Part shown: positions 39,431-48,711 of the stretch, in pieces | How the letters are laid out: each line of letters begins with the position of its first letter | Numbering within the stretch: position 1 is the first letter of the stretch | Position numbers and translations under genes: made by a program | Notes under the pieces: model-generated | Told to the model about the DNA's origin: nothing | Databases searched by the model: none | Seen by the model: only the letters and a program-made list of their open reading frames with translations | Assembly (NCBI GenBank): GCA_034521205.1 | Contig: JAXHMT010000002.1 | Location: 37,896-101,895, forward strand | DNA from: Halioglobus sp. | GTDB taxonomy: Bacteria > Pseudomonadota > Gammaproteobacteria > Pseudomonadales > Halieaceae | Reading direction: 5' to 3' | Length of the DNA stretch: 64,000 bases

Positions 39431-40255
39431 ATGCAGAATCTACAGTCCAAAGTCGCCGTCGTGACCGGCGCCGGTTCGGGCATCGGCGAGGGCATAGCGC
39501 GCGCCGCGGCGGCCGCGGGCATGCGGGTCGTCGTCGCCGATATTGACCTGGAGGGCGCCCGGGCGGTTGCCTCGGACATCGGCGAGAGCGCGTTCCCCTG
39601 CCGGGTCGACGTATCCAGTCTCGCGTCCGTGGAGGCGATGCGCGACACCGCATTGGAGCAATTCGGGGCGGTGCACCTGCTGTGCAACAACGCCGGCGTC
39701 TGGGTCGGCGCGTTGATGATCGATGCGGACATCAAGGACTGGCAATATCTGATCAGTGTGAACCTCTACGGTGTGATCCACGGTGTGAAAGCCTTTCTGC
39801 CGTTGCTGGCCGAGCAGGGGGAGGGCCACATCGTCAACACCGCCTCCATGGGCGGCCTCATTTCCGGGCCGCCGGAAGGCTTGTACACCACCACCAAGTT
39901 CGCGGTGGTCGGCCTGTCCGAATCTCTGGCGATGGAAGTTGCCGAGCTGGGCGTCGGTGTGTCCGTGCTGTGCCCGGGCCTGGTCGATACGCGACTGACC
40001 ACGAAGTCCTTCGAGGTGCGGCCGCCGGAGATGGATCCGGGTATCGATCACGGTCATGCCGGCCCCGATACGGCCAGCGGCATCCCGCCGCGTGTGGTCG
40101 GCGATCGCGTGATCGATGCGGTGCGCGAGGGCGAGTTCTATATCATCACGCACGATGACTACCGGGATATCATCGCCATGCGGCACCAGAACATCATGGA
40201 TGCGCTGGACAAGCACGTGCGGCGCTACGGTTCGACGTCGGGGCGTGAACTATGA
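39431..40255 (+). CDS. Short-chain dehydrogenase/reductase
   Basis: TGAGSGIG, NNAG, NTAS, YTTTK, CPG. Confidence 0.93.
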   Translation: MQNLQSKVAVVTGAGSGIGEGIARAAAAAGMRVVVADIDLEGARAVASDIGESAFPCRVDVSSLASVEAMRDTALEQFGAVHLLCNNAGVWVGALMIDADIKDWQYLISVNLYGVIHGVKAFLPLLAEQGEGHIVNTASMGGLISGPPEGLYTTTKFAVVGLSESLAMEVAELGVGVSVLCPGLVDTRLTTKSFEVRPPEMDPGIDHGHAGPDTASGIPPRVVGDRVIDAVREGEFYIITHDDYRDIIAMRHQNIMDALDKHVRRYGSTSGREL

Positions 40256-42151
40256 ACAGCAATGCACTGAGTGTTTTGATTCTCGCGCTGGCCCTGTTGA
40301 GCGGCGAAGCGTCCGCCGGCGTCGACTACACCGAGGAGCGCCAACCCTGCGTCCACCGGGACCCGTTGCGCCAGCCCTTTTTCGGCGACCTGCACGTCCA
40401 CACCCGCTATTCGCTGGATGCCAGCACACAGGGCACGCGCACGAGTCCGGACGAGGCATACCGTTTCGCCCTGGGCGCCAGAATTGGTATTCAACCCTGG
40501 ACCGACGAGGGCGAAGCCCTGCGCTCGTTGCAACTGCGCCGCCCGCTGGATTTTGCCATGGTCTCCGACCACGCGGAGCTGATCGGCGAGGTCTCCATGT
40601 GCACCACGCCGGGGGCGCCGGGCCACGATTCCTGGCAGTGCCGTCTCTACCGTTACTGGCCGCGCGGGGCGTACTACCTGTTCAATTTCTATTCCTCCAT
40701 GCGCGCGTCCCACCTCGGCCTGTGCGGCGAGGACGACGAGTTGTGTCTGCGGGCGGCGCGCGTGCCCTGGCTGGAAATGCGCGCAGGCCGCGGAGGCGCA
40801 CTACGACCGCAGCGCCGAGTGCTCCTTCTCCACCTTCGTCGGCTACGAGTGGACGGGTGTCGAGCCCGGCTCGGGCGGCAACCTGCACCGCAACGTGGTA
40901 TTCCGCAACGCGGCGGTGCCCGAACTGCCGGCCAGTTACATCGACGAGCCCGACCACGAGCGGCTCTGGCAGGCCCTGGAAGATCAGTGCATCGGTGCGC
41001 CGGGGCCTGCGACTCCCTGGTCATTCCCCACAATTCGAACCTCAGCGCCGGCGCATATGTTTGCCGGGCCGCGGGACACGGACGTACCGATCACGCGCGA
41101 GTACGCCGAGCGGCGCCGCCGCTTCGAGCCTCTGATGGAAATCATGCAGCACAAGGGCACCTCCGAGTGCTACTACGCGGCGGGTGTGACAACGGACGAG
41201 CTGTGCGCATTCGAACAGATGGCCAGGGACAACATCGCCATTCTCGCCAATCCGCCGCAACCGGACACGGGTTTTGCGCGCGAAACGCTGGCAGAGGGCC
41301 TGCGCCTGGAACAGGAGCTCGGCGCCAATCCCTATCAGTTCGGCTTTGTCGCCAGCACCGACACCCACCTGGGAACGCCGGGGGCTGTCGAGGAAGATCG
41401 CTTCCTCGGCCACGGCGGCGCCGGTGTTCCCGCGCGCAAGCGGGTACCGCCGGGGCTGCCGGATTTCCTGGAATACAATCCCGGCGGACTGGCGGTGATC
41501 TGGGCCGAGGAAAACAGCCGCGACGCGCTGTTCGATGCGCTGCGCCGCCGCGAGAGCTACGGCACCAGCGGGCCGCGCATCCGGGCGCGGTTTTTCGGCG
41601 GCTGGGACTATGCCGACGACCTGTGTTCCCATCCCGAGCGCGTCGAACAGGCCTACGCCGGCGGTGTGCCGATGGGCGGCGAGCTGCAGCCGGGGCCGCA
41701 GGGGCCGCCGCGATTCATGGTGGCCGCGAGTCAGGACCCCGGCACGTCGGAGAAACCCGGTACGCCGCTGCAGCGCATCCAGATCATCAAGGGACAGGTG
41801 GATGCGCAGGGCGAGTACACGGAGCGCGTTATCGATGTGGCGGGCGACCCGCGCAACGGCGCGTCGGTCGATACCGGCACCTGCGAGAGGCGGGGCGAGG
41901 GCTTTGCCCAGTTGTGCACAGTGTGGACCGACGAGGCGTTCGATCCGGGCGAGCGCGCCTACTACTACGCGCGTGTGGTGGAGAACCCCACCTGCCGCTG
42001 GAGCCAGCGCATGTGCGTCGCCAACGGGGTCGACTGCAGTCGTCCCGAGACCATCGGCAAGGGGTTCGAGGGCTGTTGCGCCGACGAGCACAGGCCGGTT
42101 ATCCAGGAGCGGGCCTGGACATCGCCGATCTGGTACTCACCGGACAGTTGA
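40252..42151 (+). pseudogene. DUF3604 exported PHP-like protein, frameshifts near 40785 and 41015
   Basis: FGDLHVHTRYSLDA, DFAMVSDHAE, YEW, NLHRNVVFR, PHNSNLS, STDTH, YGTSGPRI, IQERAWTSPIWY. Confidence 0.88.
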
Positions 42152-42261
42152 GCCCGCGGCAGCGCTTCAGCATGGATGCCCGGCCCGCGCGGTCGTAATT
42201 GCGGACGCCGTCGACGATCATGCCGATTTTGGAATTGTGCCCGGAGCGTCGGAAGGCGCGC

Positions 42262-42347
42262 GCTCTCCCTGGAACCGTGCGGCGACAGGACGTCGCCGCC
42301 CGAGCCTGGCCAGGGAGGGCCGCTTTTTGGCGTGTTCCAGGGAGAGC
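42262..42347. repeat. Dispersed GGA-loop element, copy between convergent genes
   Basis: 14-bp perfect IR GCTCTCCCTGGAAC / GTTCCAGGGAGAGC enclosing GCGGCGAC-AGGAC-GTCGCCGC and GGCC-AGGGAG-GGCC. Confidence 0.88.
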
Positions 42348-42410
42348 ATACCCTCCTGACGCTGCAACTCCGACAAAAATTCGAAATGAGCCACTACCAT
42401 GCAGTCGGGA

Positions 42411-43058
42411 TCACTTGACTGTCGGACCCGTTTCGAGCGCGCGCCGGGCGAACTCGAGGGCCGAGGCGGCATCGACCCGCAGCATGAAGTCGGCCGGAAA
42501 CAGTTTGGCGACCACCTTGTTGTCCGAATCGAGAACCAGCATGCCGGGATGCGGAAGGCCGTAGTGCGTATCTCCCGGTTCATGTCTCTCGTCGAGGATG
42601 CCCAGTGTGCGAAATGTCAGTGCGCCATCGTCGGACAGGACCGGAATGCTGATGTCGTTGCGCTCGATGAATGATCGCAGGTCTTCCGGCGGGTCGTAGG
42701 TAATCACGACAAGCCCGATGCCGGCGGCTTCGAACCGCGGCAGGTAGTCCTGCAACTGCAGCAGCTGTCGCCGGCAGTACTGACACCAGTCGAGTGAGAG
42801 CGTGGCCACAACGACCGTGCCTTTGGTCCCGGCGAATTCCTGCACCAGCGTAATGCGCCGGCCCCGGTAACTGGCCTGCAGCCCGGGGAAATGCGAACCG
42901 ATGGCGGGGCCCGGCTCGAAGTCCGCTGTCGAGGACGGGACGAACCTCTTATCCTCGTGCGGGGCACCCGATGGCCCGGAGTTGACGGTCCGGTACAGAT
43001 AGGCCAGCGCAAGGGCGGCGACCAGCAGCAGCGCCAGAACAGACAGCGTCCTCTTCAC
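42411..43058 (-). CDS. Membrane-anchored peroxiredoxin-like (AhpC/TSA) protein
   Basis: N-terminal TM; SLDWCQYCRRQL; VLSD; PHPGMLVLD. Confidence 0.82.
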   Translation of the reverse strand: MKRTLSVLALLLVAALALAYLYRTVNSGPSGAPHEDKRFVPSSTADFEPGPAIGSHFPGLQASYRGRRITLVQEFAGTKGTVVVATLSLDWCQYCRRQLLQLQDYLPRFEAAGIGLVVITYDPPEDLRSFIERNDISIPVLSDDGALTFRTLGILDERHEPGDTHYGLPHPGMLVLDSDNKVVAKLFPADFMLRVDAASALEFARRALETGPTVK

Positions 43059-43185
43059 GGGACGGCGGAATTTATTGCGGATTGCATCGTGCGGATTCTA
43101 CCGGATTGCGGGCTCCGTGCCTTGCTATTGTCGCGTCACCCCGGGAGCGCGTATGCTTTGCCCGACCGATAATAAGGAACGCTGA

Positions 43186-44910
43186 ATGTTTGACCAGCTG
43201 CTGGTCGCGGGACTGTTTGCCGCGCTACTGTTCTGTCTCATTTTCACCAGCTGGTCCGCGGTGTGGGTTTTCGTCTGTGCCATGCTGGCGGCGTATTTTT
43301 CCGGACTGGTGGAAACCGACCAGGTACTGGACAAGGCCACCAACACGGGACTGGTGACGTTGATATTATTGCTGCTGGTCTCCATTGGCCTGGAGAAACT
43401 GCCCTGGCTGTCGCGCCTTTCCCACACATTGATCACGCCCAGTTATACGGGCAGTCTCTTGCGTCTGGGCGCCACGACGGCATTCTTTTCCGCCATCGTC
43501 AACAATACCGCCGTGGTGGCGACCCTGGCCCACACGGTGCGCAGCAATCGTCATCACCCCGTCAGCAAGCTGCTTATACCCTTGTCCTACGCGGCAATAC
43601 TCGGCGGCACAATGACACTGATCGGTACTTCCACCAACCTGATTGTCAGCAGTTTTCTCGAGGATGCCACGGGCAGTGGCCTGGCGTTTTTCGACTTTCT
43701 GGCGGTGGGCGCGACGGCGACCGTGGCCGGTCTCCTGGTTATTCTGGTCAGCTCGCGACTATTGCCCGAAGGCAGCATGGAACCCCTGGATATCAAGGAA
43801 TACGTGATCGAGGCAGAGGTCAGCGAGGGTTCGAGCCTCGTGGGCAAGAGCGTCCTGGAAAACAGGCTGCGCGACCTCGAGGATCTCTTTCTGGTCGAGA
43901 TCGTGCGCGGCGACTACCTGATTTCGCCCGTGACACCGCAGGAGCACATCGAGGCGGGGGACAAGTTGATCTTCTCCGGCGACATTACGAAAGTACAGGC
44001 CCTCGAAGCCTTCGACGGCCTGCACCTGTTCGCGGTGGACGAGGGCCTGCTGCGGGAAAACATGATTGAAGTGATTGTCATGCCCAACGCCACGATCGAG
44101 GGCAAGACGGTCAAGGACAGCGCCTTCCGTTCGGTGTTCGACGCGGCGGTGGTCGGCATGCGGCGCGGCGGCCAGCGGCTCTCGGGCAAGCTCGGCAATA
44201 TCACGATCCAGGCCGGCGACAGCATGATGCTCGCGGTCGGCCCCGACTTCAATGAGCGCAAGAATCTGGACAAGAATTTCGTGGTGATCGACGATGAGGT
44301 GGGCGAGGTCACCACCACAACCTTCAACAACTATTTCATCACGGGGGCGCTCATACTGGTTATCGCGCTGGCCACGCTGGAAATCGTGCCGTTGATCAAG
44401 GGGGTCGGCGCCTTGCTGGTCGCGATGCTGCTGTCGGGCGTGGTCAGCGGCGGCGAATTGCGGCGGCGCTTTCCGTTCGAACTGTGGTTGATTATCGCCT
44501 CGGCCCTGACGTTGTCACAGGCGCTGAGCAACTCGGGGCTGGTGGCGGCGTTGGCGGATACGCTGCACAGCAATCTGTCGATCGTCGGACCCTGGGGTGC
44601 CATGATCGGCATCTATCTCGGCACGCTGCTTCTCACCGAGACCATGACCAACAATGCCGCCGCGGCACTCAGCTTTCCCGTGGCCTTCGGCCTGGCGGAG
44701 AGCTACGGCGTGAATTTCATGCCCTTCGTGATGGCGGTCGCCTACGGCGCCAGTGCCAGTTTCATGACGCCCTACGGCTACACCACCAACCTGATGGTGC
44801 AGAACCTGGGCGGTTACGAGTTCCGGGATTATCTGCGCGCGGGCCTTCCCATGTCGCTGGTCTACAGCGCGATTGTGATACTGCTTATCCCGCGGTTTTT
44901 CCCGTTCTAG
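43186..44910 (+). CDS. SLC13 family permease with two TrkA-C domains
   Basis: SAIVNNTAVV, PLSYAAILGGTMTLIGTSTNL, TETMTNNAAA, ASASFMTPYGYTTNLMV. Confidence 0.93.
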   Translation: MFDQLLVAGLFAALLFCLIFTSWSAVWVFVCAMLAAYFSGLVETDQVLDKATNTGLVTLILLLLVSIGLEKLPWLSRLSHTLITPSYTGSLLRLGATTAFFSAIVNNTAVVATLAHTVRSNRHHPVSKLLIPLSYAAILGGTMTLIGTSTNLIVSSFLEDATGSGLAFFDFLAVGATATVAGLLVILVSSRLLPEGSMEPLDIKEYVIEAEVSEGSSLVGKSVLENRLRDLEDLFLVEIVRGDYLISPVTPQEHIEAGDKLIFSGDITKVQALEAFDGLHLFAVDEGLLRENMIEVIVMPNATIEGKTVKDSAFRSVFDAAVVGMRRGGQRLSGKLGNITIQAGDSMMLAVGPDFNERKNLDKNFVVIDDEVGEVTTTTFNNYFITGALILVIALATLEIVPLIKGVGALLVAMLLSGVVSGGELRRRFPFELWLIIASALTLSQALSNSGLVAALADTLHSNLSIVGPWGAMIGIYLGTLLLTETMTNNAAAALSFPVAFGLAESYGVNFMPFVMAVAYGASASFMTPYGYTTNLMVQNLGGYEFRDYLRAGLPMSLVYSAIVILLIPRFFPF

Positions 44911-45709
44911 GCGTCAGGGGGTTGCAGTGCGGGCCGGCTTTCCACAACTGCGGCAGGGACTCTTCCACCAAGCCCGCGTTCCAGCCGCCATCGGCGATGA
45001 ATTCCGAGCCGGTGCTGTAACTCGCTTCATCGGAAGCCAGGAACGCGGTGACCGCCGCCACCTCCCGCGGCAGGCCGACCCGGGGCAGGGCGTGGCGCTG
45101 GTAAAACCGGTCGGCATCCTGTTGCGACATGAATTCGGACCCGTGCATGGATGTATAGATGCCGCCGGGGTGCACACTGTTCACGCGAATGTTGTATCTG
45201 CCCATCTCCAGGGCGGCCGCCTTGGTCATGCCGCGTACCGCCCACTTGGTGCCCGAATAGGCGGCAAGGGAGTTTTTCGACTGCAGGCCGTCGATGGAAG
45301 AGACGTTGATGATGGACCCGCCGCCCGCGTCCCTGAGTGGCTCGAACACCGCCTGCATGCCCAGAAACACACTGAGCTGGTTGATGCGCACGATATTCAT
45401 GAAGTCCTCTTCGGTGGTATCGACGATCGTCTTCTGCAGAACGATAGCCGCGTTGTTCACCAGTATCCGCAGCGGCCCCAGGGCTTTTGCGGCGGCGACC
45501 GCCGCTTCCCAGTCGGACTTTTGTGTCACATCCATGTGCACGTAGCGCGCCGCGTCGCCTAGTTCGTCGGCCAGGGCCTGCCCGGGTTCGTCGAGAATAT
45601 CGCCGATGAGTACCCGCGCGCCTTCCTCGACCATCAGTCGCGCAGTGGCCTCGCCCATGCCCCGGGCGCCGCCCGTGACGATGGCGACCTTGCCTGTCAA
45701 ACGCTGCAT
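44885..45709 (-). CDS. SDR, 3alpha/20beta-hydroxysteroid dehydrogenase-like
   Basis: TGGARGMG, NNAA, INVSS, YSGTKWAVRG, RVNSVHPG, TGSEFIADGG. Confidence 0.92.
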   Translation of the reverse strand: MQRLTGKVAIVTGGARGMGEATARLMVEEGARVLIGDILDEPGQALADELGDAARYVHMDVTQKSDWEAAVAAAKALGPLRILVNNAAIVLQKTIVDTTEEDFMNIVRINQLSVFLGMQAVFEPLRDAGGGSIINVSSIDGLQSKNSLAAYSGTKWAVRGMTKAAALEMGRYNIRVNSVHPGGIYTSMHGSEFMSQQDADRFYQRHALPRVGLPREVAAVTAFLASDEASYSTGSEFIADGGWNAGLVEESLPQLWKAGPHCNPLTPRTGKTAG

Positions 45710-45774
45710 GCTTGTGCCCCTTTTGTTTTCAATGGAAAGGAAGGCGCGGGATTATAAAACAGTGCCCGCCGACT

Positions 45775-45895
45775 TGCCCGTCAATCTTTCTCACCGCGGT
45801 TTTGTGCCATGACCTGCCCGCGCCGCTGCTCGATCATCTGGCTCGTGGCCTTCTCCGCCCAGGCCATGGCGCGCTCCGACTCCCAGGCCAGCGCC
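45775..45895. repeat. Direct-repeat copy of the enoyl-CoA hydratase 3' end (att-like)
   Basis: 119 of 121 bp identical to 47177-47297 by eye. Confidence 0.92.
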
Positions 45896-46046
45896 AGCGC
45901 GAGCTGCTCGGCGTGCACGATCACGGCTGCCTTTATGGCGTTGCAGGTCTGCGGGATCATGAACTCCTCCACGGCGGCCACGCTGCCGATGACACGGCAT
46001 GACTCGGGCACGCCATGCGCCATGCCGTTCACCGCCTGCGGCCAGC

Positions 46047-46474
46047 TTAATGATCAGCGAAAGGATTCTCGATCACCAGGGTACCGATTCGTTGTCCATC
46101 CTGCATATCTTCCGTGAACAGACGCTTGCAATCCGCCTCCAGCGCGGCAGAGATGATCAGAGAGTCATAGAATCCGTATCGGTAGCGTTCCTGAATATCC
46201 AGCCCCCGGCGAAACAGGATAGAGCTGGCGGGGACTTTTAACAGTGGATTGAGCACGTGGTCCAGATACAGTCGGGTACCGCTACATCCAGCGGTACCTG
46301 GGCCTTACGCAGGATAGTATTCAGGCATTCCTGAACGACCTGGTAGCTGATACAAGCATTAGCTGTCGCTATGGCCTTGCGGATGATGCCGTCCGCTATC
46401 GCCGTTTTTCGGGGATTCGATTTATCGAGTTGATAGATAAAAAGATTGGTATCGAGAAATGTATCAACGCTCAT
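46047..46474 (-). pseudogene. vapC: PIN domain (VapC) toxin, frameshift near 46280
   Basis: FLDTNLFIY, ISYQVVQECLN, YGFYDSLIISAALEADCKRLFTEDMQDG...IENPF. Confidence 0.9.
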
Positions 46475-46685
46475 TCATTTCTTCCCGACTCAAATGGCGC
46501 CCGAGCGTTACCCGACCCTGTAACGCCTCGATGACCGTATCATACTGCTGCAGCCGGCCGGATTGGCGCGCATACATTTCGAGCCACTCGCGGAACTGCA
46601 CATTGAGCGTCGTGTGCTCAGCGCGTGCACGGGACCGGGCAGCCTCAATCAGTTTTCCATCCGCACTTAACGTGATATTTTTCAT
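46464..46685 (-). CDS. VapB-like antitoxin
   Basis: MKNITLSADGKLIEAARSRARAEHTTLNVQFREWL...LSREEMNER; overlaps the PIN start. Confidence 0.85.
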   Translation of the reverse strand: MKNITLSADGKLIEAARSRARAEHTTLNVQFREWLEMYARQSGRLQQYDTVIEALQGRVTLGRHLSREEMNER

Positions 46686-46706
46686 AGTCGCATAATCGCT
46701 TACAAA

Positions 46707-46734
46707 CACGAGAGTAGTGTACACTGTTTTCGTG
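46707..46734. promoter_or_regulatory. Imperfect palindrome centred on AGTGTACACT; putative VapBC operator
   Basis: 11 of 14 arm positions pair; 21 bp upstream of the antitoxin ATG. Confidence 0.5.
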
Positions 46735-46911
46735 GTTTTTGCATAACGGACATCGATCTGAACCTGAACCCTCAGGGCAACGAAGGTAGCGAATTTCGCT
46801 TTATCGCCCTACATCTTTTCTGCCCGCAGCAGTCATTCAATCAATCAATTATCTGCGGTAGTGGCTGACATCGCCGGTAATATCACGTGACTTCCGAGGG
46901 GGACGGGGACA

Positions 46912-47110
46912 ATAGTAGGTACAGCGCGTGCGGTGACGCGGCCGGGCCTTGAACTCCGGCCGCTGGCCGCGCTGCCACAGAGCCAGGTCGATCTCGCGCG
47001 CGCTGGTGTGCAGGCCCGCTTGGCGCAGCGCCGCGACGAGCCGCTCGACGCGTGCACGCTGAGCGCGCGGATCTCGACAGTCTGTCCATTCGCGCCAACG
47101 CCATGGCCAG
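46912..47110 (-). pseudogene. C-terminal fragment of a queuosine-salvage hydrolase (Qng1/DUF2419-like)
   Basis: VEIRALSVHA(V)ERL...SAREIDLALWQRGQRPEFKARPRHRTRCTYY after restoring one base near 47045. Confidence 0.6.
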
Positions 47111-47182
47111 TAGAGTCCGACCGCCTGCTGCTGCGCCATTGACTGATAGAGGGTACGATTGGCGACGCGCACAACCTGCCCG

Positions 47183-47953
47183 TCAGTCTTTCTCACCGCG
47201 GTTTTGTGCCATGACCTGCCCGCGCCGCTGCTCGATCATCTGGCTCGTGGCCTTGTCCGCCCAGGCCATGGCGCGCTCCGACTCCCAGGCCAGCGCCTCG
47301 TCGAAAGGCATCGAGTAGCCCTCGCTGATCAACTGCTGATAACCGGCCAGCACCTCGGGCACGCAGGCGCACATGTTGCGCGCCATCTCCATGGCGCGGG
47401 GCAGCAATTCATCCTGTGGCAGCACGTGATTCACCAGCCCCCATTCGTAGGCCTGGGCAGCGCCGATGGGCGCGCCGGTGAAGGACATCTCGCGCGCCCG
47501 CGACAGACCGATCAGGCGCGGCAGCTTCTGGCTCAGACCCCAGCCCGGCAGCATGCCGACCCGGGCGTGGGTATCGGCGAAGCGCGCGTTCTCCGAGGCG
47601 ATCAGCACGTCGCAGGCCAGCGCCATTTCGAAGCCGCCGGTAATGCAGTGCCCGTTGATCGCGCCGATGATGGGCCCCTCGAACGCGGCCATCGCGTCGC
47701 CCACGGCGTTGTCCGCTTCCCCCGCCGTGCTACTCGCCTCCGGGGAGCCGAGTTCCTTCAGGTCAAAACCGGCGCAGAACGCCCTGCCGTTGCCGGTCAG
47801 TATCACCACTCGCGTGTCCTCGTCCCGGGTGCAGGTTTCGAATACCGACACAAAGTCCGCGCGCAGTTCCCGCGATAGCGCATTCATGGCATCGGGCCGG
47901 TTGAGGGTGACGACGGCGAAACCGTCGTGTTTTTCCAGCAGCACAGTGTTCAT
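47183..47953 (-). CDS. Enoyl-CoA hydratase/isomerase
   Basis: TLNRPDAMNALS, FCAGFDLKE, INGHCITGGFEMALACD, FADTHARVGMLPGWG. Confidence 0.94.
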   Translation of the reverse strand: MNTVLLEKHDGFAVVTLNRPDAMNALSRELRADFVSVFETCTRDEDTRVVILTGNGRAFCAGFDLKELGSPEASSTAGEADNAVGDAMAAFEGPIIGAINGHCITGGFEMALACDVLIASENARFADTHARVGMLPGWGLSQKLPRLIGLSRAREMSFTGAPIGAAQAYEWGLVNHVLPQDELLPRAMEMARNMCACVPEVLAGYQQLISEGYSMPFDEALAWESERAMAWADKATSQMIEQRRGQVMAQNRGEKD

Positions 47954-48350
47954 TGTGAAGAAGTCCGCATGTATGACCACATCCTGTGTCGGGGAGTTCG
48001 ACGATGGAACGGGCGAGCCGAGTGGGGAGTCCGTCGTCAGACAGAGCCTGGCCGCAAGGCCATGATGCACCGGGCAGAATAGCGTTATACAGTGACGGGG
48101 TCGAGCAGGCAGCACAAGCCTGGCCGCGGGCCTTGTTCGCCCCTTTCTCCAGAGCCTGCGGGGTCGTTCAGCTTGCCCGACAACGTCGCCACGCCGGGTC
48201 CGGCCATCCTGTGCTTTTCAGGTATATGCTTCATCGTGATCACACCCCCTCGTGAAATGTTGCACCCGCCAGCGCCAGCCGAAGCTCGCGCAAGGCCTGG
48301 CGCAGGATATGGCGCGCACTGGCGAGAAACAGCAGTGCCATGCCACTCGG

Positions 48351-48692
48351 TCAGGGAGCCCGCGGCGCAAAAGCGTGCGAGTCCTCTGCGCCGTCGTCGA
48401 TACGGATTGCGCGCAGGATTTTCGTGATCATGACCCGGCCGTCACCGGCGTGGCCCGGTCCCGTACGGCCCTCGGTGACAATACAGCGGGCTGCCCGATC
48501 GGCATCCTCGATGCTGCCGACATCCACTTCGATCTTGACCATGTCCACCCGAGTCAGCTTGCCGTCCGGCAGCGCATGCCCGTACTGGTGCAGGCCAACG
48601 ACTGCCACACCCGTGACGCATTCGAGCCTGGCAAGCGCGTCGATCACGGCCTCCATCTTGACCTGCTTTACATACCCCTTCACTTCATACAT
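48351..48692 (-). CDS. PII-like protein associated with heavy-metal efflux
   Basis: MYEVKGYVK..KMEAVIDAL, KIEV, GRTG...GDGRVMI, AIRIDDG; short T-loop; last gene of the czc operon. Confidence 0.85.
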   Translation of the reverse strand: MYEVKGYVKQVKMEAVIDALARLECVTGVAVVGLHQYGHALPDGKLTRVDMVKIEVDVGSIEDADRAARCIVTEGRTGPGHAGDGRVMITKILRAIRIDDGAEDSHAFAPRAP

Positions 48693-48711
48693 GAGCACTC
48701 TCCTGTCGGCA

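Larger units (their letters stand above)
45896..47176. mobile_element. 1.3-kb islet between the direct repeats (VapBC plus gene fragments); no integrase
   Basis: Bounded by the 121-bp repeat; more AT-rich; TA cargo. Confidence 0.7.

Noticed and set aside
45781-46032. 83-aa ORF as a second enoyl-CoA hydratase
   Set aside because: Only the last 38 or so codons are ECH (the duplicated repeat); the rest is unrelated islet sequence.
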